DNA of 64,000 nucleotides from Malacoraja senta. Its lineage: Eukaryota. Location: NCBI GenBank assembly GCA_038087875.1, contig CM075987.1, positions 25,856,001-25,920,000 on the forward strand, read 5' to 3'. The translations under genes and the position numbers were made by a program. The notes under the pieces are model-generated. The model was not told the origin of the DNA and did not search any database. It saw nothing but the letters and a program-made list of their open reading frames with translations. Position 1 is the first letter of the stretch, and every line of letters begins with the position of its first letter. Positions 35,104 to 48,813 of this stretch are shown in pieces.

Positions 35104-36357
35104 CTGTCCGTTACATGTGGTGATATATTGTATAGGAAGGAACTGCAGAGGCTGGTGAATGTCATAGATAGATACAACATGCTGGAATAACTCAGCGGCT
35201 AAGGCAGCAAGTCTGGAGAGAAGGAATGGGTTAAGTTTTGGGTTGAGAATGGGACATTGTTAGCTGAGGAGAAGTTGACAAGGAGGAATACAAGAAGTAA
35301 AATTAATCATAAGGACAGAGAAACTAGTCAGAGAACTAGGGTGGGGGCGGGACGGAGAGAGATGGAAAGCAAGAGTTACTTGAAGCTAGAGAAATCAATA
35401 TTCATACCGCTGGGTTGTAAGCTGCCCAAGCGAAATGTGAGGTGCTATTCCTCCTTAAGAGGTGCGCACTCTTAAATGTGTTCTGTTGACACCTACTACT
35501 TGCATCTCCCGTTCCACATAATCCGTTCTCCAAGTCTGGGGAGAAGAAATTGTTGATTTGCACTTGCTAATGACCATATACCATGGCATTCTTGCTAACC
35601 AGCAGCATAGTGAAAAGAGAGTAGTTCTTATACTATACATATCCCACCCCTGGACACGACCGCAGTCTGACAACAAAAGATGATGACAAGCTCGTGGAAA
35701 ACATGAATCACTACCTACACACTGGCAGTCACCTCCCAACAAGGGCAGGAATCGGTGAGGAAAATCACCATGGCCTTCGGTGAGCTAGTGCAGCCTTTAG
35801 TCATCTGAGGAAAGGAAAGTTTGAAGATCAAGACTTGACCTGACCTGAAATACATGCGGAGACTCACCTCCTGCATGCTGCTGGTAACAACCCTCACCTC
35901 AACACACAGGAGAGATGGTATCAACCATGGTATTTGCTGAGCCAGCACAGGAGAGCTGGCTCAGCAAAATCCTCTGAATTCATCAAATGGATATGTGAGA
36001 CACAAAGATACTTCTGCTCCCAGGCCAACAGTCATATGTTCATGAGTCCTAGGAGCAGAATTAGACCACTCGGCCCATTGAGTCTACTTCGCCATTCAAT
36101 CATGGCTGATCTATCTTCCCTTCTCAACCCCATTCTCCTGCCTTCTCCCCATAACCCCTGACACCCGTACCAATCAAGAACCTGTCAATATGTCAGGGTT
36201 AATCAGTTTAGTTTAGTTTAGAGATACGACACGGAAACAGACGCTTCGCCCACCGAGTGCGCGCCGACCAGCGATCCCCGCACACTAACGCTATCCTACA
36301 TATTCCAAAACGTGAGAAAACCCACGCAGGTCACGGGGAGAACGTACAAACTCCGTA

Positions 36358-36774
36358 CATAGAAACATAGAAACATAGAAAGTAGGTGCGAGAGTAGACC
36401 ACCAGGCCCATCGAGCCCGCACCGCCATTCGCTCATGGCTGAACACTAAACAGACACCCTTACCCACAAACAGTAGACACAAGACACAGAACACAAGACA
36501 CTACCCTCCCCTTTATATCGCTATCACCCCTCTCCACCCCAAGAACCGCGTGATCTCCTGGGGGAGGCAAAAAAACGGATAAAAACCCAGGTCCAATTCG
36601 GGAAAAAAATCCGGGAAATTCCTCTCCGACCCCAATCCAGGAGATCACTCAGGTCTTACTATACTAACCATACCTAGGTCCATATCCCTGCCCTCTCCCC
36701 GTAGCCCCTTATCCCCTTGGCAGCTAAAAAACCATCTATTTTAGACTTAAATATATTTAATGTTTCTGCTTCCA
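36358..36774 (-). mobile_element. CR1 subfamily 3' end with long 3' UTR, inserted in a SINE
   Basis: VEAETLNIFKSKIDGFLAAKGIRGYGERAGIWT followed by an extended UTR and a (tttctatg)n tail. Confidence 0.75.
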
Positions 36775-39400
36775 CAGACAAGCATCCGCAGTCAGGATCG
36801 AACCTGGGTCTCCGGCACTGTAAGGCAGCAACTCTACCGCTGCGCCACTGTGCTGGCTTGATATCTGCAGTTGTGTGCATGCATACAGTAAAGAATAAAA
36901 CCCATGTTTAGGGGAAGAGCTGAAACATGTTATTATGGAAACCAAATCACAATAACTTTGGCCAGATGACACTTTTAAAGTTACTTAAAACTTAACTGTT
37001 CCTTCAGTAAGTAACGCGCAGTTAAACCTCACCTTTGGCATATCTTCCTTAAGCAGTTTTTATAAAAATTGATTGATCAATCATTTCAGCTCTTTCAGTG
37101 AATAGCTTTGCAATTTCTGCATTCTTGCCCAACCATTAACGGCGTGTTGAGCAGACTAATTACACTCTCAAAGTGCCACCAGCAAATTATGCTTCAATTT
37201 TATCACTGATCAATGTTAAAATGAAGTCGGCTCACAGATTTATTGATCAGTGAGGAAGGCACCACTCAAATGGATGCACTTCTATGGTCGGGCATGGCTA
37301 GCATTGAAACACTAAAATGACCGTGGCTGTGACTTAGCCACTGTCATCCATCACGGTTCCCCGAACCAAGAACAATATTAGCACACATCAGACAGAAATA
37401 AAGGAGGGTAGGGGAGGTGTGGAAGGAGAAAGATCTACATGTGAGAAAATAATTGCACTTTACCTTGGTACAGGTGATAATAAAGGGAACATTGATCCAG
37501 AGGGACTCAGCAAAGGTGACATCAGAAAATGGTGCTGGTGTTAATCTCAAACCAGGTCTAGAAAAATAATTTCTCTAAAGTAACCCCTGCATTCCCTCAC
37601 TCTCCATCCCTCCCCCACCCAAGTCGCACCAGCTTCTCGTTCTCACCTAGCAAACGGCTAACAATGGCCTGTTTCCTTTATCATCGTTGCCTTTTTGCAT
37701 ATCTTTCATTCATTTGTTCTACATCTCTCTACATCGCCGTCTATATCTCTCGTTTCCCTCCCCCCTGACTCTCGGACTGAAGAGGAAGGGTCTCGACCCG
37801 AAACGGGTCACCCATTCCTTCCATCCAGAGATGCTGCCTGTCCCGCTGAGTTACTCTGGCATTTTCTGTCCACCTTCTGGAAAATGGGCGTTCTGTGGAG
37901 GAACATCAGTGAACCACGACGGTGGTCCTGAGATGTAAACTGAGGATCTAGCCCATCATTCTGTGTTTCACTCAAGAATCACGCTAGATGCCATCTTTTC
38001 AAGGAAGATTTAATTTAAGGGCAGCAGCGCAGCCTGTCGAGCCTAGGACTCGGGGAATCACAAGACACAGAAATGATCCCTTCAGCCCAACAAATCCATG
38101 ACAACCATTCTACCCATCTACACTAGTTTACTTTAGTTTATTTTTTAGTTTAGAGATACAGGAAACAGGCCCTTCGGCCCACCGTGTCCGCGCCGACCAG
38201 CGATCCCCTCACGTGAAGGGGATGTGCCAAAGGAGGAAACTAAAGATCGTGATCGATGAACCAAAGTTCTTGAGAAGTACGGGTGTCAGAGGTTATGAAT
38301 GAATGAATGAATAAGTTTATTGGCCAAATATTCACATACAAGGAATTTGCCTTGGTGCTCCGCCCGCAAGTGACAACAACGACATACAGTGACAGTTAGG
38401 AATGACACATAAAACATTAAACATTAATAATAAATAATTATGGGGAGAAGGCAGGAAAATGGGGTTAGGAGGGAGAGATAGATCAGCCATGATTGAATGG
38501 TGGAGTAGACTTGATGGGCGGAATGGCCTAATTCTGAACTTATCACTTATGATCTAATGATCTTGGAGATAACCCACGCAGGTCACGGGAAGAACGTACA
38601 AACTCCGTTCAGACAGCACTCACAGTCAGGATCGAACCTGGGACTCTGGCGCTGTAAGGCAATAGCTCTACCGCTGTGCCACCGTGCCGCCCAATACAAA
38701 TGGCAACTAAACTAATCCCATTTGCCTGCATTAGCTCCAAAGCCTTCAATGCCTGGACTATTCAAGTGGTTGTCTACATGCCTCTTAAGGTCTTAAGGTC
38801 ATAAGGTCATAAGAAATAGGAGTATAATTAGGCCATTCGACCCATCAAGTCTACTCAAGTCAAGTCAAACTAAAGTTTGATCTTTATTTTATGAGGAGTT
38901 ACGTTGGTGATTACGTGAAGAAGACCCGTCATGGCGCATGCGGTCCGCATGTGCGTCAATCTTCAAAGCAGCGGTATGAAATCACAGACAACACAATAAT
39001 TGAAGTAACATATTAAGATGAGGAACATGAGAACTACCATTACGACCTTTTTTCTATGAGAGAGGGTTGGGCGTGGCGGGCACGTAATCACCAACGTAAC
39101 TCCTCATAAAATAAAGATCAAACTTCAAACTGGTAAGTTCTCGTTTAATCTTACTATTTTACTTCGGAGTCACGTGAGTGACTACGTGAAGATTTCAAAG
39201 CTCTGTGATTTTATGCCGCAGATCAAAATCCCGGCTTCTCACTGCATCGATTGACTCTGAGTATAATCAATAATGCTGTAAACATGACATTGAATATCAT
39301 GCAAAAAAAACAGTTTTATTTTGGGTCATAAAACAAACAATAAACCCTCTTAATTTAGGGCAACTAACGAAACAGAATTAAACAGTATTGAAAACAGAAT

Positions 39401-40385
39401 TTAAACAATAGCAACAGCACTCAATATTGAGTTGGCAAACAGCCCTCCATCGGCAATCGGCCGATGGTAGTATTGCTGAAACACAAGTTCATTTTGCCAC
39501 CCTGCGGCTTTTAATATATGGTCGATGGGAACGTCCATTGCCCTGGCCGCCGATGTTGCTGCTGCCCTAGTGGAATGAGATGTAAACACATCAGTGTTAA
39601 TTCCTGCCTGAACCAACACTTGCTTTAACCACCTTGAGATAATCTGAACTGCCACTCTTTTATGTGGCTTCTTGTAACTGACAAATAATCCTGTTTCTTC
39701 ATGTCTTAAAGCCCTTGTGGCCTCAATGTAATGTAACCAATGTGTCCTTACTCATAAACATGGATCTGTAGGATATGCTGAGAACACAATCTTAAATCCT
39801 GTCACACCTGGCCTGCTTTGTTTGAGCAGGTCATAAATATAAAACATAACATTCTCTATAGTCACTTCCATTCTATCTAACTGAAGTTTTTGCAAAGTCT
39901 GCACTCTCTGTGCTGAAACCAATGCCATTAGCATAGCCAACTTTCATGGTTAATTTTGACAAAGTCATAGACGTGACAGGGACCCAATGACGAAGCATGT
40001 TAAGAACAACACTTACATCCCAGATAACCATATACCTAGGCTTAGGCGGTTTGGAATTAAAGATTCCTTTCATCAACCTAGATATGAGAGGGTGAGAACC
40101 TATACTTTGTGTCCGTGTACCTATTGCAAGATATGCGGACAAAACACTTCTAGCTGTATTGATAGCACTATAGCTAAGACCCTCATCATAATAAAGTGTG
40201 GATAAAAACTCTAACACATTTTCAATAACTACAGTATCATATTGAATATTCTTTCCAACACAATATTGTTCCCATTTTTTTACATAAGTCATATACTGCT
40301 GTTGAGTACTCTTTCTCCAGGCTGCAGTGAGCATATCCACCGTTCGCCTAGAAAGTCCTCGACCCATGTAAGGCCTTCTTAAAAC
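39401..40385 (-). pseudogene. DIRS A tyrosine recombinase, frameshifted
   Basis: LSYSAINTARS, PKPRY..IWDV, SAQRVQTL, HSTRAAATS, AAGW...F..YY. Confidence 0.9.
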
Positions 40386-43300
40386 TTGCAAATTAACAGA
40401 TCAATACGATCACATAACGGATGAACTTCACGCGTTACCGGATGCTCCAGCAAATTCCTACTCTTTGGAATCAGCAAAGGAGGTTGGATCGCTATCTGTA
40501 ACATCAAAGGGAACCATGGTTGAGTTGGCCAATTTGGTATCACCAAAACCCCTGAAGCGGCATCCTGCTTGATTTTTTTTTATTTTTTTAATCATCGACC
40601 TATGAGAAAGAATGGTGGGAAAATGTACACAAACATATTACTCCAATTTAATGAAAAAGCGTCAATTGCCACTGCCCCTGGATCTGGTTCCCATGAAACA
40701 TATTTTGGCTGCTGGTGGTTAAGCCTGGATGCAAACAAATCGATATCTGGCATTCCATATAGAAGTACTATGTTCTTGAACACATCCTGGTTCAACATCC
40801 ACTCTGTATTATCACAGAATTTTAGTGACCTGGCATCTGCTACTACATTAGGTGTCCCTGGCAGATGGATAGCTGAAATCCAAATATCTCTATCCATACA
40901 CCAGGTCCAAATTTGATTTGCCAACCTGTCACATGATAACGATTTGATTCCACCCATGTGATTAATATAAGCAACTGCTGTAGTGTTGTCTATTTGGCAC
41001 TGCACATGCAAGCTAGTTTTGTTAGTGCAATAAGCCTGGATCCATAAATACTCCTAAAAACTCTAAATGGTTAATTCCCCATGTTTGCAGAAGCAATGAC
41101 TCTTGCTCAGTCCATCTGCCTCCACAGCTGGATCTCGTATCAGTAGCACCCCACCCAAGTGCATTGACATCTGTCTGCAAAATCATGGAAGCTTGGTCCA
41201 ATAACACTTTAGAATTACTAGTGGACACATGCTGAATCGACCATTGTACATCAGCAACAGCCTCTACTGATAGACGCATAGGCCTGTTATAATGACCCAA
41301 ATGTATCCTCAGTGCTTGTTCCTTTGACCTTTGTACTGTTGATAATGAAGTGGCCCGTATTGAACTGCTGGAAATGCTGCCACCAATTTCCCAAGCAGGC
41401 TAGCCACCTGTCTAATTGAAGGCTGTGTGTCAGCAATCAACTTGATACAGCTCTCAATTAGCTCTACCCTTTTTTGCCTGGGCAAGGTCACAATCATGTT
41501 GATTGAGTCTATTGTGAACCCAAATAGTCAATTTGTGTCACAGGTGTTAATTTAGATTTCTCTGGATGGATTATGAAGCCCACACTTTGAAAAGTGGTTT
41601 TAACAACTGCCACTGATGCTTCAACTGTTTCCTTTGATTGTCCTACAATCAATATATCATCTAGTTAAGCCATGAGCACATGCCCTTGACTTCTCCTCAT
41701 GCCTAGAATAGGTTTTAACAACTTTGTAAAAACTCTAGGAGCTGAAGACAAACCATTAGGCAGTGCATTGTATTGCCATAATTGCCCCATCCAGCTGAAT
41801 TTTAAATATCTTCTATCCTGCAAATGAACAGACACTGAATAATACGCATCTTTAAGATCTATAGTTGCCATATAGCATCCTCTGGAAACAAGTTGCTTAG
41901 CCGTCACAAACGTTTCCATCTTAAAATGTCTATACCGTACAAAAGGGTTAAGACTAGTCAGGTCCAGTATAATTCTGCTTCCCTCATCCTTTTTTGGTCT
42001 GGGAAAGATATTGGACACAAACTGTTGGCTTTGGTAAACTGCCTTAGCAATTACACCTTTATTACATAAGCTTTCAAGTTCCACCTGAACTTCCAATTGT
42101 TCAGTGATACTGAAGTCAAAACTCCTTTTTGGAACATGTTGCATGGGTAATTCAGAATTTGCATTAAACTCTATTCGAAACCCTTCAATAACATTCAGTA
42201 TAAACATATCTGAGGTAATTTGTTTCCATTCCTCTAAGAACAGATGTAATCTTCCTCCAACTTTTAATTGTATTACTTTAGATCTGTCTACATGAGAACC
42301 AGACCCACATACCTCATTACAACCTGGCATCCTTCCCCGGCCTCGAGCTGGATATCCCACCTTCCCTGGCGCTGCTACAGCCGAACGCCAAATGCGCTGC
42401 ATCGTAGCTCGACTTGTCCCTTGCCCGGACCAGTCTCCTCGCTTATAGGGATACTTCCGCGTCGGTGGATATGTGGCTACTGGCTGCTTAATCAAGCCCA
42501 CCGTCTTGGCCTCCTCCTCCAGCTCCTTCACCTGCTTTGCGAAATCCTCGCCAAACAGTAGATTTGCCGGTTGCACTGTGCCAGGCTGGCAGAGTGAAGC
42601 ATATTTAGGATTGATGGTTGGTCTTATCGCCGTTTTGCGGAGGCAGTTGATCTCAAAGTGGGCACTACACAATAGCGCCAGCACCTCTTGTTCTAATTTG
42701 GTCATGGCCTCTCCATCCACCATCCTGGCAAAGCTAGTTATGCCTGATCCCAGCAATTTTAAAATATGCTGGAGCTTCACCACCTGGGCTCTCCTTTGTA
42801 TGCCCATCTGGCCCCAAATCATCCTGTTCACAACAGGAACTTTTAACAGGCCACAGTTGATTGGGGCTTCATGCTTCTTTACTGTCTCCTCCATCGTCAG
42901 CTCCTGTAGCTGGTGTGAGATTAAGTAATTAATACTGGTGGCTATTTCCTTACCCAGAGGCTCACCAGCTTCCGACGACTTGGCAAACCGTGCTGCACAC
43001 AGTGTCAGCTGTGGCAGCTGCCTGTCCTCCATTTCAAAGTCGTCGTCGGACTCAGGGTCAGAGCTTATCTGCCCTTCTGCACTCACCTCTTGAAAGAGGG
43101 TGCTTTCAAGCAGGCCTCTACCAGGCACTGCCGGCGGAGCCTTCCCCACGGCCTCCCTCCCACACAACTCCTCCTGGAGTGTGGCTTTGTGGAGCAGCCC
43201 CTGTATGAGCTGCTCCATTTTGGATAACCACTGGGGCACGGTATCCTGTCCCGGACGGGACTCTCCTGGCCCGACTCTGCCGAGTCAATGGGCCTAACAG

Positions 43301-43493
43301 ACTTGGCTTTTGCCTTCCGCCTGACTGGCGTTGGCTGTGTACCCGGCTGGGCACTTGGGAGTGCCAAGTCTGTCGCCGCACCGCTACCGACTTGCGACTC
43401 CCCAGAGGTGACAGGCTGCCTTTCAGAGACTGCGCTCCCGCAGCTCTCTCTCCCCTTTTCCGTTGCACGCCTGCACCTTGTTGATTTGTCCAT
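40379..43493 (-). pseudogene. DIRS A gag-RT-RNase H-methyltransferase region, disrupted
   Basis: HFKMET, TIDLKDAYY, LPNGLSSAPRVFTK; the catalytic YLDD reads *LDD (TAA at 41665-41667); TDVNALGWG, DNTTAVAYIN, DLFASRLN...FPPF; several frameshifts. Confidence 0.9.
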
Positions 43494-43707
43494 TATTCCT
43501 GTATTTTAGGGATAAACACAGCAACAATTTTTCTTATCTCCTAAATCCTCCAAAGTCTCCCCGACTTTGGTGGAGCTTCTAAACTACTCACCTGCAGGAG
43601 GAGCTCCTCTTCCTGCTGCCGTTCACGCCAATGCGTCAGACGTAATGACGCGCATGCGCCCTGACGGGTTTTCTTCACGTAGTCACTCACGTGACTCCGA
43701 AGTAAAA

Positions 43708-44210
43708 TCTATCTATCTCTGCCTTAAAAATATCCATTGACTTGGCCTCGACAGCCTTCTGTGGCAAAGAATTCCACAGATTCACCACCCTCTGACTAAA
43801 GAAATTCATCCTCATCTCCTTCCTGAAATGTCCTTTAATTCTGAGCCTATGACCTCTAGTTCTAGACTTTCCCACTAGTGGAAGCATCCTCTCCACATCC
43901 ACTCTATCCAAGCCTTTCACTATTCTGTACGTTTCAATGAGGTCCCCCCTCATTCTTCTAAACTCCAGCGAGTACCGGCCCAGTGCCGTCAAACGCTCAT
44001 CATAGGTTAACCTACTCATTCCTGGGATCATTCTTGTAAACCTCCTCTGGACCCTCTCCAGAGCCAGCACATCCTTCCTCAGATACGGTGCCCAAAATTG
44101 CTCACAATATTCCAAATGTGGCCTTACCAGCGCCTTATAGAGCCTCAGCGTTACATCTCTGTTTTTTTGTATACAAGCCCCCTTGAAATAAATGCTAGCA
44201 TTGAGTTTGC
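43708..44210 (-). mobile_element. CR1 3' fragment that is the target of DIRS A; its tail lies at 38788-38856
   Basis: ORF 43687-44115 EYCEQFWAPYLRKD...FKAEIDRF. Confidence 0.9.
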
Positions 44211-44500
44211 TTTAGTCATTATCTGTTTTGTAATGCGTCACCAGTGCATAATATTGATGGGTGAAAAATTATACCGAATAAATGTCATTGGATAAATATT
44301 CATCAATGTTCAGCGATAAAATGAACTTTAAAATTCCAAGCCTCAAGTTAAATTTTTCACATGAGAAAATTGGTCTTCAAAATGTTATCATCAACACTTC
44401 ATTCAAAGTGATAGGTAATACCAGTCAGTTAGGAGATGTTAGACAGATAGATGTTAGGATATGTTTCCCCTGTCCACTTTCCTAACTGGGTAGACACTTA

Positions 44501-44692
44501 AGGGCCTGTCCCACTTGCACAATTTTCTCGGCGACCCGCTGGCACCCGTCATAGTCGCAGCAGGTCACCGAAAATTTACAAAATGTTGAAAACCAGCGGC
44601 GACCAGAAAAAGGTACGACTCTTTGGGCGACTACTCACTACCAAACAGGCTTCATCCCGTGACCAAAAAACCGCGTAAGCGTGACAGGCCCT
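44501..44692. mobile_element. PIF/Harbinger-like MITE
   Basis: tta agggcctgtcccactt...gtgacaggccct. Confidence 0.7.
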
Positions 44693-44762
44693 TTTAGAGA
44701 TACTGGTAAAGGCTTATTTAAATAATGATAATTTTCATTTCATGTGCTCCATTTGCACAGAA

Positions 44763-45064
44763 TTTAGTTTAGTTTTAGTTTAGGGATACAGCGTGGAAAC
44801 AGGCCCTTCGGCCCATCGAGTCCGCGCCGACTAGCAATCTCTGTACATGAACACTATCCTACACACACTAGGGACAATTTACATTCATACCAAGCCAATT
44901 AAACTACAAACCTGTACGTCTTTGGAGTGTGGGAGGAAACCGAAGATCTCGGAGAAAACCCACGCAGGTCACGGGGAGGACGTACAAATTCCCTACAGAC
45001 AGCACCCGTAGTCAGGATCGAACCTGGGTCTCTGGTTCTCTACTGCTGCGCCACAGTGCCGCCC
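44763..45064 (-). mobile_element. HE1-like V-SINE
   Basis: Full architecture on the minus strand. Confidence 0.85.
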
Positions 45065-48000
45065 TGATCTCCTCCAAAATGATCATCTGCAAAAGATTTT
45101 GCACATGTAATTAAATCTAAGATATTACTACCCAACACGAAGCAATCTCAAGTAATTATTCCATTAAAATATCACCTTACATCAGCATGGTGGCGCAGCG
45201 GTAGAGTTGCTCCCATACAGCGCCAGAGATCTGGTCTTAAAAATATCCATTAACTTGGCCTCCACAACCTTTTACGCTGGGACCCTTCTTCAGACTGATT
45301 CAAAAAGCCATTACCTAGCACTCCAGGGTTAGCTCAGTCTGAAGAATGATCCTGATCTGAAACATTAACCGTTATAGTTAAAAATAAGTCTGTGAACTCC
45401 TTAGGATTTTTCACCAAAGCATAATTTTTTCAAGGCACTTTGAATCTGCCAAAGTATTTTTTTTTAAAATGTTTTTGTGATAGGAGCAGAATGAGGCCAT
45501 TTGGCCCATCAAGTCTACTCTGCCATTGAATCATGGCTGATCTATCTTTCCCTCTCAACCCCATTCTTCTGCCTTCTCCCCATAACCCCTGACATGTTTA
45601 TGGTCTCCAATACTGAAATAATAACTAACTAGAAAATCAACACACAGTTATTCTGCATCAATGTAATCCCGATATAAAGAAAATGTTTCCATATAACATC
45701 ATGAAAATAACTGATATTTTCATAAAGTGCTACCACAGATTTAGAGATACAGAAGTTGGGAGGTCGTTATATTAGACGTCTGTGAGGCCACATTTAGAGT
45801 ATTGTGTTCAGTTCTGGGCACCGTGTCGCAGGAAAGACGTTGTCAAACTGGAAAGGGCACAGAGAAGATTTACAAGGATGTTGCCTGTACTCGAAGGTCT
45901 GAGCAACAGGGAGAGGTTGAGTAGGCTGAGACTCTATTCCTTGTAGCGCAGGAGGCTGAGGGGTTGATCTTATAGATGTGTATAGAATCATGAGAGAAAC
46001 AGAGTCTAATGCCCAGAGGCGGTCACGGCTCCACAGCAGTAGAGTTGCTGCCTTACAGCAAAATGCAGCGCCGGAGACCCGGGTTCGATCCCGACTACGG
46101 GTGCTGTCTGTATGGAGTTTGTACCTTCTCCCCGTGACCTGCGTGGGTTTTCTCCGAGATCTTCGGTTTCCTCCCGCACTCCAAAGACGTGCAGGTTTGT
46201 AGGTTAATTGGCTTGATTAATTGGCTTGATAAAAATGTAAAATTGTCCAAGTTGGGGATATGCAGAGTACTGCCATGCTGACTACAAAATTCAGAAGGTT
46301 CAGAAGGAGTAGAGGAATCGAGAACCAGAGGACAGTGGTTTAAAGTGAAGAGGAAAGGATGAAAAGGAACCTGAGATGTAACTTTTACACAGAAAGGGTG
46401 GTGGGGGTGTGGAACGAGCTGCCAGAGGAGGTAGTTGAGGCAGGGATTATGGCAATGTTTAAGAAACTGTTGGATAGGTATTTGGATAGCACAGGTTTGG
46501 TTTGGAAGGATAGGGGCCAAACGCTGGTAGGTCGGACTAGTGTTGGCCAGTATGGGCAAGTTGGGCCGAAGGGCCTGTTTCCACGCTGTACCACTCTATG
46601 AATTTATGATAATTTTATGTGCAAACTTTTCCCAGCTCCCTTTGAATTTCACAAGTCAACCACTTTTCCTCAGAGGAAAAAAGTGATTTTGATTTCAAGA
46701 TAATCTTTGGAGTATTAGTGGTGAATAGTCTGCACTCCTTGACAATGCAGCGATGACAACTATTGAAACTGAAGAATAAATTATTTACAATGCAATAACT
46801 GACAGTACAATAACTGGGCATGTGACTGGCTCTAATAAAGGGAAAAAACAAACACATCTGACAACTGGCACAGAGGGAGCAATCAATAAGCACATTTGCA
46901 TTTTATTTTGTCTCGAATGCCCTTGGTAGTTGTGTATCCTGAATGTTTAGAACGAGCAATCAGAGAGACACAAAGAGAATTACAAGTATCTCAAAGAGCA
47001 GGACACAATTCCAAATAGAAATGTTGCCAAGAAACCCCTCTTGTCAATAGGCCATTACCGACCATTGTGGCAACAAGCGCCAATCGCAGATGTTCCGTGA
47101 TAAATCACCCAAGGATGGAAGTGCGATGGCTTTGTAGAGAATTAGAACACAGATGATAACATTCACAAAGAAGGTGACACGGAATAAGACAACACAATGT
47201 TATAAATGGCCAGAGTCTTGTCCTTGTATTTGAGGGAGGAACTCATTGAAACTCACCGAATAGTGAAAGGCTTGGATAGAGTGGATGTGCGGAGAGGATA
47301 TTTCCACTAGTGGGAGAGTCTAGGACCAGAGGCCATAGCCTCAGAATAAAAGGATGCTATTTTTGGAAGGAGATGAGGAGGAATCTCTGTAGTCAGAGGG
47401 GTGGTGAATCTGTGGAATTCATTGCCTCGAAAGGATGTCGAGGCCAGGTCATTGGAACCAAGAAACAGAGGACATCGGTTCAAGATGAGGGGGGAAAGGT
47501 TTCAAAGGGGTAACTTTTTTCAAACAATGGATGGTGGGTGTATAGAACGAGCTGCCGGAGGAGGTAGTTGAGGCAGATACTATCGGAAAATTTAAGAAGC
47601 ATTGAGACAGGCACATGGATAGGATAGGTTTAGAGGATATGCGTCAAATGCAGGCAGATGGGACTATTGTAGATGGGGCATGTTGGTCGGTGTGGGCAAG
47701 TTAGGCTGAAGGGCCTGTTTCGACGCTGTTTGACTATGACTCTGTGAATCTCCTTTGCTGATGACTAAATCTCTGACTGCTTTTCTGGGCAACATAAGAC
47801 TTCCTTTTTGATTTGACACTATTTTTACTTCCTTTAAGAATAACGATTCGACCACCTTACGTGTTGCAAATTTTGCCCTTAAATAGATATAAAAATATCA
47901 CAGTCAGGTTGAGAACCCTGCACTTACAATAACTGGTCTTAAAAATGGCACTAAACTGGCGACTCTGTATATTATCTCAGCTTACTCCTGCTAAACACTT

Positions 48001-48813
48001 CTCACTTATCTAAATATTTAAGTATTTGCCGTAGCTTTAGTTTAGTTTAGTTTAGAGATACAGCATGGAAACAGGCCCTTCGGCCCACCCAGTCTGCACT
48101 GACCAACGATCACCGCACATTAACACTATCCTACACACACTAGGGACAATTTACAAGTCAATTGACCTACAAACCTGTACGTCTTTCGTACCTCCTGCCT
48201 GATGGGAGAGGGGAGAAGAGGGAGTGACCACGGTGAGACTGGTCCTTGATTATGCTGCTGGCCTTGCCGAGGCGGCGTGAAGTGGAGATGGAATTGATTG
48301 ATAGGAGTATTGATACGTGCAAGAACATAATCACACGCTATCCTCCACACAGTGGGGACAATTTTACTTTTTTTTTCATACCAGGCCAATTTATCTTCAA
48401 ACCTGTACATCTATGGAGCTTGTTTCGTATCCTTTCTAATGCAGTTTCCAAATCTACAAAAGCAAACTCACACCTAATGCCTTTGTAAATCACTTTATTC
48501 TGATTTAAGACCCTGGTACCTATCAATTATTTTCAATTTTTATATAAAATTCTCATGTACTGTAAGCATTCTTCCCTGAAGCCCTTTGGTTATCAGATCA
48601 TCAAAGCCCCCTTTATACTTGCACATTACCAGATCTAAAACAACCTATTTATTTTGTGGTTCCTCAACATATTGATCTCACAATCTCCCATATACACTTC
48701 ATGAGTTCATCTTCCTGAGGCTAATTAGTCTTCCTCTGTCTATATGTTCATTAAATTCTTCCATGACTGTTGTATAATCTTTTTACATGCATCTTCGATG
48801 TCGATTCTTGTAT

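Larger units (their letters stand above)
38873..43707 (-). mobile_element. DIRS1-type tyrosine recombinase retrotransposon, copy A (about 30 bp of the right terminus missing)
   Basis: gag, RT, RNase H, MT and YR remnants. Left ITR about 43646-43707, right ITR about 38873-38958, ICR 39081-39191. Confidence 0.95.

Noticed and set aside
39401..41011. Prophage integrase or bacterial methyltransferase (contamination or horizontal transfer)
   Set aside because: Both domains are standard parts of DIRS1 elements and lie inside ITR/ICR termini.
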